Shown one piece after another: positions 1 to 14,455 of a DNA stretch of 64,000 nt. The stretch lies in NCBI RefSeq assembly GCF_009914755.1, contig NC_060947.1. One strand, given 5' to 3'. The notes under the pieces are model-generated. The model had not been told where the DNA came from. It did not search any database and was given only the letters and a program-made list of their open reading frames with translations. Source of the DNA: the human T2T-CHM13v2.0 reference genome, Homo sapiens. The stretch's first letter is position 1. Every line of letters begins with the position of its first letter. Made by a program: the position numbers and the translations under genes.

Positions 1-1029
1 TTTAAATAATAAAACTATAATAATTAAAATAGGAATGATTGTTATCATAGCTCAAGTGTAGTATGATTCTCTCTTATTACTTTTTATTATTGTTTGTTGT
101 CATATTTTGAAAGCTTCAGTGTTTGTGGTTTCATTCAGAAATGTACAAGTTTCTTCTGGAGAGGAGTGAAATTGAGGCACGATATATTTTATTATAATAT
201 AAAACCATTTTTAATGATAATCAGAACTTAAGTATAATTGAAAACCCAGGGAAGTATGGCTAATGATGAATACAAGGTTGTTATACTTGTTTGAAATAAC
301 TGTTTCTGATTTTACCTCATGAAATCACCTCTTTGCTCTAAAGTCTCAAAGGTTAAAAAAGTCTTAAATGCTTTCTAGCCCATCTTTGTGACTAGGTTCT
401 CAAATTTGCATGGGCATCATCTTCCCTTTTTTAGACTCTCTAGAGAAAAGATACTATTTGACAAATCTTAACAAGTTAGTGGGTTTTTTTTAATGTAACC
501 TAAATACCTCTTTCTACACTTTAAATTAAATTTCTTTCCCTCACTCTTTCAGGAAGATGGAGGGTCATGATTTTACAACTGTCAATAGTGTTTTCTATGC
601 ACATGTTGCCCCGGTATTTGTTACCCAACATACCATCAAACAACCTCCCAGTTTTAAATAGCCTCTTAATTCAAGAGACTCACAGAGAGAATCAATATGA
701 CTTTCTGTTTTCATCTCTACTTGCTTCTTCTAAAAATGTACAGAGAAGTATAAACTTTGTATAGATTCCCGTCACAGCATGTGGAGTTTAATACCCACCC
801 ACCACCCTACCCAAAAAGGTGAATAGCCATACAAGGAAATGGAATAAGCCACTCAGCACCACTCTATGAGCAGTTTAAAATGACAGCTTTGCACAGCATA
901 TGTGAGCTCAGAATAACGACCCCTGGTAAATTCATGCAATATGCTTTGTACACTAATAAAATTCATCATGATCTCTTGGAATGCAACAATTATTCATGCT
1001 CTTCTCATTTTATTTTTTTGGGGGAGCAG

Positions 1030-1071
1030 GCAAATGGAAATAGTTCTACAGAGCAGCATGTTGAGATAAAG
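1030..1071 (+). other. Candidate 42-nt microexon (ANGNSSTEQHVEIK, phase 0)
   Basis: T-rich tract then gcag|, strong donor AAG|GTAAGT at 1071/1072; open only in phase 0; no homology recognised. Confidence 0.25.
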
Positions 1072-1096
1072 GTAAGTGGGATGTGATTTTTCTCAG

Positions 1097-1135
1097 GTGT
1101 GCCGTTCAGAGAGAGATAGCAGCCTGAATATGAAG
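1097..1135 (+). other. Candidate 39-nt microexon (VCRSERDSSLNMK, phase 0)
   Basis: tttttctcag| acceptor and AAG|GTAGGC donor; only 25 nt after the previous donor. Confidence 0.2.
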
Positions 1136-1814
1136 GTAGGCAACAGTATTGCTTTTTCCTGTCAAAGCACTGGAATTAAGTGAAATGGATTTGAAATAGA
1201 AGAACATATTGTACTGTACTTCTTATGGAAGAAAACATATCCCTATAACACTTTGTACAAGCTAACATTAGATATGGTAATTAAATTCAGTGGTTGTTCC
1301 AAAATTAATAGATGCTTTACTTCAAAGTACTTTGCTAGCAGAAGAAAATCAGAAGAAAGCAAAATGAAAGCAAAATGAGTATCGTCTTTTTCATTTCACT
1401 GGTCTGTAGGAAAGTATTCTGCAGCTAACTCTTCACAAAGACCCAATACACAGTCTCATGAGGTGGTCCCCTTTCCTTCTGATGTACGCACTTCCCAAGT
1501 AAAGCAATATCCTTTGGCCACCAGCTAAGCTCTGTCTAGGATTTTGAGAGGATATAGCACCAAGCACATTACTTTTCAACACAATTTAGATCTGAATTCG
1601 AAACTCTCAGTTCATGTCAATAAAGGTGATGTTCAATAGCTTATGTTGATTAGGGACTGATTTTCTTTGCAAAGAAAAATACTGTGTTTAGGTCAAATCA
1701 ACTTACATTTTTGCTTGCTTATGAAAAGCACCAAAATTGAACAGTATGTTTTACTGGTTTGAGTAAGTTTGCTTTTCCTAGATATTGTTTTTTTTGGTGA
1801 GGATATTCTCTATA

Positions 1815-2289
1815 ACTAATAATGGGATAATACAATATCATGTACCTCTTGATGGGTTGAACTGAGAAGGGCACACCATGACTTTTGTGGTATTCCTGCC
1901 AAAAATGCATAATCTGAATATAACTATTAGAAAACATCAGACAAGCCCAAATGGAGGATCATTCAATTATTCTTCAGAAATATCTGTTGTCATAAAAAGA
2001 GAAAGGCTTCAGGGCTTTTAAGATTAAAGGAGACTAAAGGAACATGACAACTATATGTACTATGTGGCCCTGGACAAGATTCTGGACCTTAAAAGCATTG
2101 TTATAAAGGACATTATTCAACTGGCAAAAATGAAATATGGATTATGGATTAAATAATAGTATTCCATCAGGGTTAAATTTCCTGATTTTGATACTGTAGT
2201 TATGTAAGAGAATAATCTTGTTCTTAGAAAATACATATTGATGTATGTAGGGGTATAGGAGCATGATTTCTGCGAGTTAAAAAAGTATC

Positions 2290-2331
<42 letters not shown>

Positions 2332-2470
2332 CATCTAAAGAAATAATAATAAAAAACAAATAGGAATAACTAACAACTGGTGAATCTAGATAAAGAGCAT
2401 GTGGAAATGCTTTATACTATGTACATAACTCTTATATAAGATTAAAACATTTGCAAATAAAAACTTTAAA
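1815..2470 (+). mobile_element. Ancient L1 (L1MC/L1ME-type) 3' end fragment
   Basis: Motifs 'aaacatcagacaagcccaaatggagg' and 'gttaaatttcctgattttgat...gttcttagaaaatacata' typical of L1M 3' UTRs. Confidence 0.6.
2292..2331. repeat. (TATC)10 tetranucleotide microsatellite
   Basis: Ten perfect TATC units. Confidence 0.97.
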
Positions 2471-3110
2471 AATACTTTTAAAAAGATATTCTTTATACTT
2501 TGCATTCAGCTTCATTTGTCTCAAAAGTCTTGTCTTGCCTGGCTTTCATCTTGTGTGCACTAAAATTATTAGCAATGACACAAAAAATCCATAGCATTGT
2601 CAAAGAATTGTAAAAGGAAAACTATAATCTGTTTTAAATGATGCCAAATTCACCTAAAATCTTGAATTTGAAATAGAACGAACTAGTGTCAACTTTAGAT
2701 CTGTGGTCTGAATGTGAATTTCACACAGAAATCAACTTTACATACTTATTCAGTGGATATTGCAAATACTCTTTACCATTGTTGTGTGAGTGTTTTCTAT
2801 TTGGTTCTTCAGCAGATTCAATGTGTCCCATTTTGAGGAATATAAAAATAGATATATTTCATCTAAGTATTATGTTTTTAAATGACCTTTAGTTTTGTTT
2901 TTAAATGAAATCATTTGAAATAATTGCTATTCTAAAGGAAATTTTTGGAAGTATGGTCTCAATATTTGTTGGGGGGCTATTGACATTTAGTGGGAGGAGG
3001 TCAGAATTGATAGACAGTGTGTGGGATAAACCTCCTCTATGGAAAGTTATCTTACTTCCTGCATTACTTTGAAATATCTTGCTGGACATTCCTGATGGTA
3101 AAAACCCATA

Positions 3111-4096
<986 letters not shown>

Positions 4097-4173
4097 AAAA
4101 ATTTTTTTAAAGAATATTGCCTAGCACACAGTAGGTACTCAGAAAAAAAAAACTATTAATAATTATCAAGTGT

Positions 4174-4785
4174 ATGCGAGGCTGGTTCAACATATGCAAA
4201 TCAATAAATGTGATTCATCACAAAAACAAAACTAAAAACAAAAACCACATAATTGTCTCAATAGACACAGAAAACGTTTTCGATAAAATTCAACATTCCT
4301 TAATGTTAAAAATCCTCAACAAACTAGTCATCAAAGGTACATACCTTAAAATAGTAAGAGCCATATATGACAAACCCACAGCCAACATAATACTGAATGG
4401 GCAAAAGCTGGAAGCATTTCCCTTGAGAACTGTAAACAGACACTACTCCTGTTCAACATAGTACTGTAAGTCCTAGCCACAACAATCAGGCAAGAGAAGA
4501 AAATAAAAAGAATCCAAATAGGAAGAGAGAAAATGAAACTATTTCTCTTCACGGATGATTCTATACCTAGAAAACCCCATACTCTTTGCCCAAAGGCTCG
4601 TAGATCTGATAAACAACTTCAGCAAAGTTTCAGGATACAAAATCAATGTACAAAAATCAGCAGCATTTCTATACACCAATAACGTCCAAGCTGACAGCCA
4701 AATTGAGAATGTAATCCCATTTACAATAGCCTCAAAAATAATCAAGTACCTAGGAATATAGCTAACCAAGGAAGTGAAAGAACTC
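4174..4785 (+). mobile_element. L1 ORF2 RT-region fragment
   Basis: ORFs 4174-4461 and 4555-4761 match ORF2 RT ([14 protein letters not shown]; MILYLENP). Confidence 0.9.
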
Positions 4786-4794
4786 ACCAGTTGG

Positions 4795-6017
4795 AGTGTA
4801 TAAGTATTCTTTTCTCTACAACCTTGCCAGCATCTGTTATTTTTTGACTTTTTAATAATAATAGCCATTCTGACTGGTGTGAGATGATATCTCATTGTGA
4901 TTTTGATTTGCATTTCTCTAATGATAAGTGATGTTGTTTTTTTTCCATATGCTTGTTGGCCACATGTATGCCTTCTTCTGAGAAGTGTATGTTCATGCCC
5001 TTTTGACCACTTTTTAATGGGGTTGTTTTTTCCTTGTAAACTTGTTTAAGTTCCTTATAGATTCTGGATATTAGACCTTTGTCAGATGCATAGTTTGCAA
5101 AAATTTTCTCCCATTCTGTAGGTTGTCTATTTACTCTGTTGATAGTTTTTTTTTCTGTGTAGAAGGTCTTCAGTTTAATTATATCCCATTTGTCAATTTT
5201 TTCTTTTGTTGCAATTGCTTTTGGCATCTTCATCATGAAATCTTTGCCCATGCCTATGTTCTGAATGGTATTGCTTAGGTTGTCTTCCAGGGTTTTTATA
5301 GTTTTGGGTTTTACATTTAAGTCTTTAATCCGTCTTGAGTTAATTTTTGTATATAGTGTAAGGAAGGGGTCCAGTTGCAATTTTCTGTATATGGCTAGCC
5401 AGTTATCCCAGCACCATTTATTGAATAGGGAATCCTTTCCTCATTGCTTGTTTTTGTCAGCTTTGTCGAAGATTAGATAGTTGTAGGTGTGTGGTCTTAT
5501 TTCTGGGTTCTTTATTCTGTTCCATTGGTCTATGTGTCTGTTCTTGTACCAGTACCGTGCTGTTGTGGTTACTGTATCCCCGTAGGAATCAACCCAAATG
5601 CCCATCAATAGACTGGATAAAGAAAATGTGGTACATATATGCCATGGAATACTATGCAGCCATAAAAAGGAACAAGATGTCCTTTGCAGGTACATGGATG
5701 GAGCTGGAGGTCATTATTCTTAGCAAACTAATGCAGAAGCAGAACATCAAATACCATACGTTTTCACTTACAAGTGGGAGCTAAATGATGAGAATACATG
5801 GACACAGAGAGGGAAACAACACACACTGGGGCCTATCAGAGGGTAGAGGCTGGGAGGAGGGAGAGGATCAGGAAAAATAACTAATGGATACTAGGCTTAA
5901 TACCTGGGTAATGAAATAACCTGTACAACAAACTCCCATGACACACATATACCTATGTAACAAACCTGCACATCCCATACATGTACCCACCCCAAGCTTA
6001 AAATAAAAGTTAAGAAA
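4795..6017 (+). mobile_element. 5'-inverted (twin-primed) older L1PA: inverted ORF2 part ~4795-5577, sense 3' end ~5584-6017
   Basis: Minus ORFs 4892-5380 and 5441-5695 are ORF2; orientation flips near 5580 to a sense 3' UTR ending in an A/CA-rich tail. Confidence 0.75.
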
Positions 6018-6054
6018 ACACACACACACACAAAATAAAAAATAAAACAAAAAA

Positions 6055-6810
6055 AAACCCACAATGAGATACCATCTCACACCAGTCAGAATAGCTGTTA
6101 TTAAAAAGTCAAAAAATAACAGATGCTGGCAAGATTGTGGGGAAAGGGAAAAACTTACATGCTGCAACTGGCAATGTAAATTAGTTTAGCCACTGTGGAA
6201 AGAAGTGTGGAGATTTCTCAAAGAACTTAAAACAGAGCTACCATTTGACACAGCAATCCAATTACTGGATTTTGGGTATATATCCAAAGGAATATAAATT
6301 GTTCTACCATAAAGACATATACACATGTATGTTCATTGCAGCACTATTCACAATAGCAAAGGCATGGAATCAGCCTAGATGCCCACCTAGGCTGATGGTG
6401 GACTGGATAAAGAAAATGTGTTACATATACACCACAGAATACTACATAGCCATAAAAAAGAATGAGATAATGTCCCTTACAGTGAAATGGATGGAGCTGC
6501 AGATTATTAGCCTAAGTAAATTAATGCAGGAACAGAAAACCAAATACTTCATGTTCTCATTTTTAAGTATGAGCTAAGCATTGTGTACACGTGGACACAA
6601 AGAAGTGAACAACAGACACCAGGGTCTACTTGAGGGTGGAGGGTGGAAGGAGAGTGAGGATTGAAAAACTACCTATCAGTTATTATGCTGATTTCTTGGT
6701 TGACCAAATTATCTGTACACCAAACCACCATGACAGGCAATTGGCCCATGTAACAAACCTGCACATGTTCCCCCTGAACCTAAAATAAAAGTTGGAAAGA
6801 TAAAAAAAGA
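6055..6810 (+). mobile_element. Older L1PA (L1PA15/16-like) 3' end
   Basis: ORF2 C-terminus (ORF 6245-6577), 3' UTR and A-rich tail. Confidence 0.85.
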
Positions 6811-7264
6811 CTAAAAAGAAGCTCCAAGAGAAAGAAAAAAAATTTTCAAGTGCAGAACATAATTCCATTTTTTATTTAAAAACTTTTTGCACTATTTTAA
6901 TAATCACTATATTTTCCAGGAATTTAGATGCTTCTACCATATACAATGAGAAAAAAATTGAACTTATTTTGCTTGGTGTTTTACTAGGAATTGCTTATCA
7001 ATCTGGAAAATCATGCCACTAATGGTAATGTCACTCACATTTGTGTGGCCAACACAACACACCTGAATTAGTCTGCATATGTATCTGTCTCTATTATGAA
7101 GCTCCCAGGAATATAGATGAATATAACCATTTAACCTTTATTTCAAAATGTCAAAAAATTAAAAATATTTCAACAACATTCAACTGAATATTGTCTTATT
7201 TTTTCATTGAAAATTATGTGGATTTTGCTCTTGACTTTTAAAATTATGATGACTAATATCTACT

Positions 7265-7735
7265 TCATTTTTAAAGCAGCTTTAGATTCACTGCAAAATT
7301 GAGCAGAAAGTAGACAGTTCTTGTATATCTCCTCCCCTGCATAGTCTTTTCCACCTTCAATATTCCCCACCAGAGTGGTACATTTATAATAATTGGTGAA
7401 CCTACATTGACACCATTATTATCCCCCAAAGTTCATAGTTTATATTAGGGTTCATGATGTTGTCCACATGACTGGACAGATTTATAATGACATGCATCTA
7501 CCATTATATTATCATAAGGAATAGTTTTACTGCTCTAAAAAATCCCCTGTGTTCTGCCTATTCATCTCTTCCTCCTCCCACTGATTTTTTTTTTACTGTC
7601 TCCATATTTTTGCCTTTTCCAGAATGTCATATATTGTAGTTGGAATTGGAACCCTGACTAATACACACAGTATGTAGCCTTTTCAGACAGTCTTCTTTCA
7701 CTTAGCAATATTCATTTAAAATTTCTTATTTCTTT
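7265..7735 (-). mobile_element. L1MC1/2-like 3' end
   Basis: 'gcaaaattgagcagaaagta...ccaccagagtggtacattt...gaacctacattgaca' motifs. Confidence 0.75.
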
Positions 7736-7970
7736 TAAATTCTGATTTATCTATTATGAGTAAAAGTAAGCTGACTTTCTAGTGTGGTCATGCCCAAACA
7801 TTTACATTTAAAATATATTTTATATTATGAATTACGTTCCTTTTATTTCTCCTTAAGGTCATAGGATATTACATAGATTTAAATAATTACCTGTGAAGAG
7901 AGATATTAGCCATGAATTTCATTTCAGTGTAGCAAAGGGGACAATATAAAATATTTCTTAAAAACAGGGT

Positions 7971-8588
7971 AGGAGTTCCTGCAAACATTAAAAATAGAAT
8001 TATCATATAATCTAGCAATTCTACTTCTGGGTATATACCCAAAAGTACTAAAAGCAGGATCTTGAAGAGATGTTTGTATCTCCCTACACATAGCATCATT
8101 ATTCACAATAGTCAAAGGGTGGAGGCAACCCAAACGTTCACCCACAGATGAATGGATAAACAAAATGTGGCATCCACATAAACTGGAATATCATTCAGTC
8201 TTAAAAAGAAGGGCATTCTTTTACATGCTGCAACATGAATGAACATTGAGGGCATTATACCAAGTAAGATAGTCAGTCACAAAAGGACAAATACTGTATG
8301 ATCCCACTTATATGAGGTACCCAGAGTAGTCAAAATCATAGAGACAGAAAGTAGAATGGGAGTTTCCAGAGACTGGCGGCAGTGGTGGGCGGGGGGGAGG
8401 GGGGGAGTGGGGGGGACGGGGAACCGGGAGTTGTTTAATCAGTATAAAGTGTCAATTTTGCAAGATGAAAACAGTTCTGGGGACTGGTTACACAACAATG
8501 TGAGAGTGTTTGAAACTACTGAACTGAATACTTAAAAATGGTTAAAATAGGAAATTTAGTATTATGTATAGATTACCACAATTTTAAC
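7971..8588 (+). mobile_element. L1MB-type 3' end with candidate TSD AAACAGGGT
   Basis: L1MB 3' UTR motifs; AAACAGGGT at 7962-7970 and 8589-8597. Confidence 0.8.
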
Positions 8589-10202
8589 AAACAGGGTGGA
8601 GGGCACTGGAGATCTACTGCTCTGTAGGCTTGAGGGAGAGGCATGGTCTATGGTCTGCCTGACTTTACTTTCCTCTTTCATGAAGGTTATACATCCTCAG
8701 ATATTGAGACACCTAATAGCAAGAAGAAAAAGTTATCTCCTTATATGATCACAAATAATGAGTTGGTTGATCCCATTGTTTAATTTTCTAATGAGCAATC
8801 ATCATGTTGTTTAAAGACTCAGTCTGTGCAGTTCATGATCCCAACAGCCCCCCGATGAAGCAATCATCTCCAAGCAGCTCCCCTGGGAGATTCAGCACAT
8901 CTAGTTGACTCTTAGCTGGAGCCTCCCACTACATCCACCTCCACTTTCCTCTGAGCTACTTTGTTCCAAATGATCAGTATTTCAGCAATTCTGCAGTCCT
9001 GCCTCTAGGATCTGTTGGTACAGGAGGGACCCATCTTCCCATACCTTGCACAAAGTGAAACTGGGAGCTTGAGTGGGCAGGCATTTTTTTTTTTTTTTGG
9101 TAAGAGATATTGTCTCTTATGCTTCATATCTCTCCTCAATACCTTAAGAAGCACAACAATATGCACAATGATAAAGACATCTTCTCCCCCTTGAAGACCT
9201 GCCCAAATACTGACTGGTTTTCTCAATACTGGGGGAGTAATGAATGGAGTGACCCCCTCCTCCTCTCTCTCTCAGAAATGTGAGGTAAAGGGATTTCTTT
9301 TAGAATACAGAAGGAACACAGAAATAAAGGGACAGTGATACAGGAACAGTGCTCAAGGTTTGTTGTCACATGTCCATTTGCAGATGAACCCTAGGCATGC
9401 CCTCAAGAAGCCAGCTCTCCTCTCTCCCAATACCCCTAGTTTATCTCTTTATGAAAAATGCCAGGGTGGGCATGGAATCTTTGAGCCAATAACTAAGTCT
9501 TTTTTAAATTCAGTCTGAGAGAATTTATCTGTTCTAAATAAAGCTTGATCTCAGCCATAATCTCTACTGTATTCTATAATCTCTATGTATTCTACAACCT
9601 TTAGAGACAAGAATAGGTCTCAAACAGTCCTTCATGCTACTTTGTCACACAAACCTTATCAACAGTGCTTTGCTTACAGACAACCACCTGCTCCCTCCTA
9701 GTTACACTCCTTCATCCTGCTCATGCCTGAATTTTTCTTCATACCGTAGCCCCCACCTCTGACCCCATATATTAGCTTTCACAGCTTCCCACTCTAATTC
9801 TACTAGTCTGATCTTGCTTTAGACTTTGTTTTTTGGTTTATTTTTACGTTGGATCATTTATTCATTTACTGACACAAGTATATTCAATACTTTCTGTGTG
9901 CCAAGCCTTCCCAATTCTGCTAATTCCAATGCCTGTGTCAATCCCTATGATCTCAGGAGACAAACTCTATTTCAACCCTGGACCTAATAAATCTATATAA
10001 TCAAGTTAGTGCCACTTCTGGAACATCCTTCTCCACTCCCTACCCCCAGATCTGATTTCCTTGCTAGGCAAAAATGCCTGCTTAGGGCTTTTGAGTTTTC
10101 CTACATAAAGGGCTACTCTAGCTATTTAAGATCCTCAGCCACTTCCTGACATCTTTCTGTGAATGGATAAATAACTCCAAATTATGAGAAGTCACTCTTT
10201 AT

Positions 10203-10625
10203 ATATCAAGTTTCTATTGCTACGTAACAAACTACCCCAAAATTCAGTGGTTTAAAACACCAATCATTACCTCTTATACCACATGCATCTGTGTGTTGGC
10301 TGGAGCTTTGTTTTAGGTTGGGCAGTTTGGGGCACCTTAGCTGAGGCAGCTGTGCTCCACATGTCACTCATCCTCCCCCTGGGAGTAGCAGGCTAGGTTA
10401 GGCATGTCCTTCTCATGGGAAAGGTATAAGCACATGAATGAGTGAGCCAAATTGTGTGAGCACTTTTCAAGATTCTGTGTCACATTTACTACGTTTCGTT
10501 GGACAAACATGTCACATTTCTAAGTCCAGGGGTGAGGAATTACGCTCCATCCATGTTGGAAAGGACTGCAAGGTTACATGGCAAAGGGTACAAATACAGG
10601 GAGAAGTGAAGAATTTGGGCCACTG
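10203..10625 (-). mobile_element. Old MaLR LTR (MLT1H-K type)
   Basis: Starts 'tctattgctacgtaacaaactaccccaaaattcagtgg', the reverse complement of an MLT1 3' end. Confidence 0.7.
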
Positions 10626-11326
10626 ATAGAGTCTATTGAACTTCTCATCCCCCCTCCTAATTTCTGCTGTAATCTTAGACTGCATCTGTATATTTTCCCA
10701 AACCACACCTTAGTTTCGTCATGACTTTTGGACATTGTGATACGTGTCTTTCTCTGGGTGACTTTTTCCTAAGTTATATTTAGGCTTCTCAAATACAGTT
10801 TGCTCACTTCACAGTCATATTCGCATCTTTGTCCTATGTAGTGAAATGCCAAAGCATATTCTTAATAAACACACAATTGTTTTGTACAAGAAAGAAGCTT
10901 GCAGAAATAAGATTATTAGAGAACAAGGGGTGGATATTCTAGATTTGAATTTTAAAAATCAGCTAATGCACTATTTGATAAGTAGATGGCCTTCTGACCA
11001 AGTCTATGTCTTTGAGTCAGCTTGAAGAATGCGAACACTCCCAGGACATGTGAGGAAGTGTACAAGTTTGAATGACAGGATTTTAGTGGACACATGGCTC
11101 CTCATGCATTCATTCATTGGGTGGTGATGAAAGAACTGGTAATTCTGAGATGGTGTAAGCAGTTGTCATGAACTTGAAATCTTATCTCTTGAAGACTGAT
11201 TCAAAGAAGTTAATAGAGCATCTCCGAACTAATACTCTTGGTAAGTTGGCAATGAGATGTTTTTGTGTTGCACAGATAATAGTAGAATCAAGTGTGACCT
11301 CAGAGTTATTATTACTAACTCATATT

Positions 11327-11376
11327 AGCTAGAGTTATCCGCTTATTGTTTCCCAGTGCATTAGGTTGGTGGTATG
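11327..11376 (+). repeat. 50-bp direct repeat, copy 1
   Basis: 47/50 identical to 12158-12207. Confidence 0.95.
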
Positions 11377-11394
11377 GTGGTGATCTTTCCATGC

Positions 11395-11550
11395 TATTAT
11401 GGAAAGATCACTAAATTGGCAGCTCAGAACCCTGAATTCTAGACTCTAATGAGCCACCACTTTAACTAGGTGTGCTTGGATAAGTCTCTTAATCTCTCCG
11501 AGTCTTAGCTTTCCCACTTGCAAAATATAGGCTGCTACTAGATATTTTTA
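11395..11550 (+). mobile_element. MIR fragment
   Basis: 'cttggataagtctcttaatctctccgagtcttagctttcccacttgcaaaat' MIR core. Confidence 0.65.
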
Positions 11551-12157
11551 AGACTGTACTAGGATAGAAGGTGATAGGATCAAGGAAGCATTATATATCT
11601 AACAATTAGAATCCCTTTTCAATTGATTCTAAGCATATCATAGTTGCTAGAAGAAAATGCAGGGATTTTCCAATGCCCTAGATAAAAGCAATGATATTGC
11701 TCCACTATTTATTAATCATGTATGGTGAAAAAATAAACTGTACCATAAATATATTACATCCTTAGTCCTGTTGTGTCTTGAAGCTAGGCAAGAACATATG
11801 GTTTTCTTAATACAAACTCATATTAACTACTAGAAAAGTAGCTCAAAATGTATGCCTTACTGATCATGAGTTAGCATTATCATGTTTATATGTAGAGACT
11901 CCTTATTTTCCCATTTAACAAATGCCTGCTCTAAATGATATAATAAAGTCCTTACTAATGAATGGTGACTGAGGTGTCTTTCACTACCTCAAGAACTGAG
12001 TTTTAAACAATCAGTGATGGCTTATTTTTCCAATTCACAGTGTTATTTTATTTACAAACAGAAAGGGATTGCAAAGATACTGTAATTGATTTGCTGGCAA
12101 GTTTACAGCCTCTATAAGTGATTTATCAGGTTGATATGGCTCCCTGTGAATCTCAGC

Positions 12158-12207
12158 AGCTAGAGTTATCCACTTATTGTCTCCCAGTGCATTAGGTTGG
12201 TAGTATG
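12158..12207 (+). repeat. 50-bp direct repeat, copy 2
   Basis: 47/50 identical to 11327-11376. Confidence 0.95.
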
Positions 12208-13129
12208 ATAGGCTGTCTTCAGATGTAGGTTATGTCTTCTACTTCTTACTACCATTAGTGAGTTAGAAGTTTTTAGACTCTAATTACTGCCATTTGAGCT
12301 TTTGGAATCCATACATTCACTCAATCGTTCAATGGAGCTCCATTACTAGAAGCCAAGCATTTGGACACCTGGGAAAAAACAGTCATTATGAAAAAAATAA
12401 GTCTGACCTACGTTATTCTGTAAATAAATGAGATAATCTCAGAGCAATTTGTGATTTTTAAAAGCGTATCATAATTCTTTTTTATTTTTCATTTTCTCTT
12501 GTTCAGAATGGTAAAGGTAACACAATATTTATCAGTCCAGGAATAAATACTAACTACTTCAGTTTTCACCACCAGTCTGATGTCCCTAAGTGCCATCTTT
12601 AATTAAAACACTGTAGTTGTGATATTTGCTCTTTGGGTCACAACACTCCTTTCCTTCCTATTTAGTCTTTTTGTATGTTTGTGTCTCTCTAAATAAATAA
12701 AAGCCTCACAATGCAAAATTGTCACCATTCCCTGATTGAAACCCTTTTTTTGGTCCTTTAATTAAAATCTCACTCTATTCGAACTCATTAAGTCCATTTT
12801 TGTTATCTCTTGAATTTTTAATGACCAAGAGTTACATCTGTGGAATGTTCTTTGAATCGAGTTCTCTGAAGTGTGGACACTGGTATGACCCCCATAGTCT
12901 TACATTCAGGCCTAGAAAATGTTTAATTTTTTGTTCTTTCTTAAAACAAATTTCTCTATTTGTTAAAATCCTTCTGTTTTTATTTCTCTAAGATTCTGCT
13001 CTAAAATCACTGTTGGCTTTTTATTTTTAAGGAGACATTGTATCAGAAAAATATGCTATGGGTATATGGGTACCCAGCCAGTTTTTATTTTTTCTATCAA
13101 GCAAATCTCTGTGAAGAAAAACTCACTGT

Positions 13130-13463
13130 TTTTTTGCTGTTGTTGTTGTTGTTTTGTTTTGTTTTTGATTTTTTGAGACAGGATCTTGCTCTGTCACCCA
13201 GGCTGGAGTGCAGTGGCATGATCATGGTTCACTGCAGCCTTGACCTCCTGGGCTCAAATGATCCTTCCACCTCAGCCTCCCAAGTAGCTGAGACTACAGG
13301 CATGCACCACTACACCTGGCTATTTTTCTTTTTTTTTTTTTCATAGAGACAGGGTCTCACTTTGTTACCCAGGCTGGTCTCCAACGCTTGAGCCCAAGTG
13401 ATCTTCCCGCCTCAGCCTACTAAAGTGCTGAGATTACAGGAGTGAGCCACTGTACCTGAGACC
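13130..13463 (-). mobile_element. AluJ
   Basis: 'cactgcagccttgacctcctgggctcaa' AluJ diagnostics; tail decayed to (TTG)n. Confidence 0.92.
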
Positions 13464-13549
13464 AAACCCACTTCTACATCAGACACCCTCAATAGTTCTA
13501 TTACAACATGAGCTAAATTGGCATTCTAATTTATGCCAATTACCTTAGA

Positions 13550-13715
13550 CAAGGGTTTATATTTTGGATACTGCTTTGTTGTAGGGGACTGTCCTGTGCA
13601 TTGTACAGTCTTTAACAGCATCCCTGACCTCGACCTACTGGATGGCAGTAGCATTTCCATTATATATTGATAATCGAAAATGTATTCAAATGTTCCTGGG
13701 GGAGAATCAGGTGAT
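13550..13715 (-). mobile_element. MER20 (hAT) degraded copy
   Basis: 'ctgtcctgtgcattgta...cagcatccctgacctc' matches the clearer copy at 49593. Confidence 0.7.
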
Positions 13716-14015
13716 TTCTCAGCTAAGTTTTTATATTTTTAAAGGTGAAAGCTTTGACTTGCTCAATTTAACCTGCAATATGTGATCATTTTCTGTTACT
13801 AAGACTACAGGAGCTATGCTATGCTTAGAGCAAATTGTTCATCTGCACTAAAGGCCACCTACTTACACAGATTTACTGTATATTATTTATGTTATTAAGT
13901 GCTACTTATACATTATCTCATTTAGTTCTCTGTTTCACATAAGAACAAATTGAGGCAATAAACACAATTTCCTGGGAAGTTTTAATCCAGATTCCAGATA
14001 ATGCAAATGTTCTAG

Positions 14016-14455
<440 letters not shown>

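Noticed and set aside
316-439. Minus-strand exon-like unit (cttttctctag| ... GAG|GTAAAA)
   Set aside because: Weak donor and stops in all frames; indistinguishable from chance.
11327-12207. Direct repeats as a CRISPR-like array or TSD
   Set aside because: Only two copies in eukaryotic DNA, too long for a TSD, with no spacer periodicity.
12476-12522. Strong plus-strand acceptor followed by a 10-nt unit and GT
   Set aside because: Frame-shifting length, weak donor and no supporting context.
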